Below, piece after piece: positions 60,252 through 64,000 of a stretch of DNA of 64,000 bases (position 1 is its first letter; every line of letters starts with the position of its first letter). The stretch is from positions 496,001-560,000 of the forward strand of contig JBHGNT010000022.1 of NCBI GenBank assembly GCA_043228905.1, read 5' to 3'. This DNA is from Azolla caroliniana. Lineage: Eukaryota; Plantae; Polypodiophyta. The position numbers and the translations under genes were made by a program. Under the pieces are notes generated by a model. The model worked only from the letters and a program-made list of their open reading frames with translations, did not search any database and was not told the DNA's origin.

Positions 60252-62726
60252 TTATTCAAGTACATAGATGCGAGAAGCTATGTCAGACACCAACCAATCA
60301 AAACCAACAAGAAGACCCTCTCCAGTAACAGCACTACAGCCAACAATTTGCCAGTGTCTACTAGTATCCATTACCTCCAAGTTCAAAACCTGATAAAACA
60401 TCAAGGAAGTTATTAGAGAGAATACCTTTAACAGAAAATGCCGAACTGATTACATGGGCATTGGAAATAATGACAATGATGTTCCGTATTCTGATTTGGA
60501 ATGCTACTTAATTCGTTTTAAGTTGAGAATCCTTACCCGGGGATGAATTAATGAGAACCTAACTTTATTGCATACTTCTTGACCCAAGGGTAAATTCAAA
60601 ACAGGGGATATTATTTATATTATGCTATACATGAGGGTCCTATTTTTGAATTTTCCCAAAGAAACAAATTTCATGTTTTTAGTTTGAGATCATGCACGCT
60701 CAGCAAAGTGACCTGTTTATTTACCTTCGCGATTTCAGATGGTTTTAAAGCACCTCTAATATCTTGCTTATTTGCTAGCACTAGCAATGATGCTCCAGAC
60801 AGCCTCTCTTCTTTAAGGAGATTATGAAGCTCTGCTTTACAATCATCCAAACGTCTCAAGTCTGAACTATCAATCACCCACACAAGGCCATCTGTTTGCT
60901 CATAATAATTCCTCCAATATGACCTTAATGTTTTCTGCCCACCCACGTCCCAGATATTGAGTCGGAAGCTGCCATTGCAATAGAAAAATGGTCTTAAAAT
61001 AACATATATTTGCTTGAGGGATTGATGTGAGACCAATAATATTTTGATGACACAAAGTAGCACCTACTGGTAGGCTAAAAAGCTAAACTAGAAAAGGAAA
61101 AAAAAAACAAGTCAAGGCATGAATGCTATCACTGTCGATGTTTTGCACAATAAACATGTTACCACACACAACAGAGTTTACATTATGGAGGTTTTTATCC
61201 ATATGGCCTTGACAAAAGAAATAAATGTATAGCTAGGCGTTGCTTGATACGTCAAGAACAGCATGCCCTATATTGGTCATTCATATAAGTACATCCCATG
61301 ATGATATGATGCATTACATCATGTTATCTCTTGTTTTCACCACCACCACATTAGTATCTCCAATCAAAATTTCTCATACTACTAGTACATCCCATGACAA
61401 TGTATTTGTAGTTTCCCCTGGTATTTCTGGTTTTCAAAGTTCATAACGATACAACTACGACACTAACATTGCACATAGGTGAATGGAGAGTTGATATGAA
61501 AGGCACTAATATGGAAGTTCAATCATGAAGTTTCAAATTTGAATCTGGATCATCAAAATTTTCTAGTTATTGTAAATTACATATTACATAACCAATGTTC
61601 TTATATATATGGTTTTAGCAACCTTGGGCATTTCTCTGAGTCTCATTTTTCCAACTCGTATGCAACTATGGAAAGCCATCATGCAGATTTTTTTAGGGTT
61701 TTAAGGTTCAGGGAGTTTAAATCAAGATTTCACAATAGTATAGGCTTTCTTGATCAGTCTGTAAGCTGATGTTTACCATCTCTTCATTGATATGTTCCAA
61801 CACAAAGGAGAAAAACTTATGATTTTGCACTATATCAACAACTGATTGGATGAATTCTATTCAACAAAATATTCATCGACATTGTTTTACAATAATGAAT
61901 CTTCAAACGGTCAATAGAGTTATGTATGATATCTGGAAAGCTTATAGATTGGACTGATGAGTTAAATCTGAAGCCAAAGGTAAGGCTTCACATGAAACTT
62001 TGGATTCAGTGACTAAGTTTCAAATTGGAGCATGGAAGCCCAAAATTTCCTTTTTACAATAAATCATGTATACGTATCATGTGTGTGTCTGTGTGCATTT
62101 TGCAACCTGGGTCATTTATTTGAGTTTCTTGGATGTTCCTGAATCAGGTTACAAATTTAAGAACTGATTGCAATACACACATTATAAGGATTTAACTATC
62201 AAGCCAGATCACTATAGTTACATATAGAAACACGTTATTTTTCATACCTTTTGTATTGCATAGTCTTTATGTTGAAACCAAGGGTAGGGCTGATACCACT
62301 CGTGTCTTCGCCATTGATTCTCTTGACTATGGTAGTTTTACCTGCATTATCAAGGCCCCTGCCACAAATGATTTTCTTTTCTTTTCTTGAGAAGTAAAAG
62401 AATCTCCAAAAATTCCAAGAAGAAGAATCTCCAGAGACTGCAAATTATTATTATTAATTCTTTTTGAAAGGAATTTCTCCAAAAGGATATAAACAAGAAG
62501 CTGCAAAGGATGAGAATCTCCCCGAAGGATGTGAAGCAGGATTTCCCAACAATTTTTGAGATGGGAATCTCCAGAAAGCGTGGCAAGAGGAGTGCCCAAG
62601 GAACATAAGGAAGAGCAAAATCAATGTGTGATTGTGTGTGTGTGTTGGGGGGGGAACTTACACCATCAGGATCCGCATCTCCTTCTCTTTCTTCTTAACC
62701 TTTCGGATGATTGAGAGAAGACCCAT
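60252..62726 (-). CDS. ARL2: ADP-ribosylation factor-like GTPase 2 (ARL2/TITAN5), complete, 185 aa
   Basis: Exons 62726-62662, 62358-62248, 60968-60725, 60389-60252 total 558 nt. [76 protein letters not shown]. Confidence 0.96.
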
Positions 62727-62819
62727 CTCTGTCTCTGTCTCTGTCTCTGTCTCTGTCTCTTGCTCTGTTTCTGTGCCTGTCTCCCCTGCAGTTTGGGAGG
62801 TACATATGAATACAGTATC

Positions 62820-62851
<32 letters not shown>

Positions 62852-62972
62852 TGTACATATATGTGTGTATGTATGTGTGTATGTATGTATGTATGTATGT
62901 ATGTATGTATGTACATATATGTGTGTGTGTATGTATGTATGTATGTATGTATGTATATGTATGTATGTATGT
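62727..62972. repeat. (CTCTGT)n and (TATG)n microsatellites directly upstream of the ARL2 start
   Basis: Directly visible. Confidence 0.85.
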
Positions 62973-64000
62973 AAAATAAACATAGTATTATTTGTTTCCC
63001 AAGAAGGGTTGGTTTGCATGCATCTTGTCTCGTCTCTCGCTCTTCTATCTATCGATCACCACAAAAGATCTGGTAAAGCAGCTCGTCTTCTGATCAAGTG
63101 GATTCTTTGGAAGAAGAACTCCCTTGTAAGCCGTCGGTTTTTCGATAAGGATAGCGAAAGATGCTATCGAAAGGCGCCCTCTCCTGCTACTAGTTTCTGG
63201 TGTCCGTAAGTGTTGTGTCCCACCTATACAATGAAGCAACGAATCATTGTAAGAGTAACCAACACTTTTTATGAGAGGGGAGCTTGGTTTTCATAAGAGT
63301 TTTTAAGATAGTATGCGTCGACATTAGGATCAACCTTCAATCCATAATGTTAGTGGTGGGTATTGATGCTCTCCTAGGAGTTTCAATTCATAAAGTTAGT
63401 GGTTGTTATTGCCTAAATCCCATATAGGCATGAGGGGTGAAAAGGAGATTGATAAGTTTCTTTATATCAACTTGAATCATTAGGATGGTCAAGAATACCA
63501 TTTGCCTTGGCTTGATTATGATCATACCCAAGAAGAAAGGGAAGCACGACCTTGATTAGGAGATTGTTGCTCCCAATTTGCATGAGAACAAAAAATCTAC
63601 CTTTATTGGTCATGTTTCACTTAAAGTGCCCAAACTAGTGAACACACCAATATCAAAGGTCCCGACCTCACCCACAACCATTGAGATCATTGACTCCCTT
63701 CCGAAGTCAGATGAAGTTATTGGCACCATCATCATGATCTTGCCCTTGATTGTGCAATCGTTTTCTATTCTCTATCCATTTGGTAACGTTATATATGTGT
63801 TGAGTTGTGTTAATTGTGGGTACTATGCTATCGATCCCTGATTCTTTTCATATTGTGCATTTTTTATTCGTGCAAGACTTGCATACAAGGTCATAGGTCA
63901 AGGTTGAGAGTAGATGTGTTCAAGGTAGACCGATGCTTAGAGTGGAGGGTCTTCCTTCTAGAACTAACAATAAGAGAAGTCAACATACATAACCAAAACC

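Noticed and set aside
62727-63209. N-terminal extension of ARL2 and VCMY-repeat ORFs
   Set aside because: They are microsatellite translations; ARL2 is complete at 185 aa from 62726
63250-64000. Possible retrotransposon fragment at the right edge
   Set aside because: Coding-like, but no diagnostic motif is visible within the window

Overview
Intron-rich land-plant nuclear DNA. A fern or other non-seed plant is inferred from the transposon families present; the species is not identified. There are three host genes. A CHR10/ALC1-like SNF2 chromatin remodeller lies on the minus strand (11 exons visible, including an 8-nt micro-exon) and runs off the left edge. A CDK-like (At1g54610/IBS1-type) kinase occupies +52289-58744, and a complete 185-aa ARL2 GTPase occupies -62726-60252. 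The ~40 kb between the first two genes is stacked transposon debris. It holds a large decayed CMC/EnSpm-like DNA transposon region, in which a minus-strand transposase faces a plus-strand spliced cargo gene with RING-H2-like and FCP1-like domains, and introns of both contain a palindromic TAGCTAATTAGCTA satellite. It also holds two Tcn1/Tf1-type chromoviruses, copia remnants, solo LTRs, an RTE-X-like LINE, an L1-like LINE and two MITEs. The most notable signals are a Tf1-type self-priming PBS and a -1 frameshift site in the near-complete chromovirus, antisense tRNA-like A/B-box cassettes in several unrelated LTRs, a three-tier copia<LINE<gypsy nest, and a templated-filler repair scar. All alignments were done by eye.
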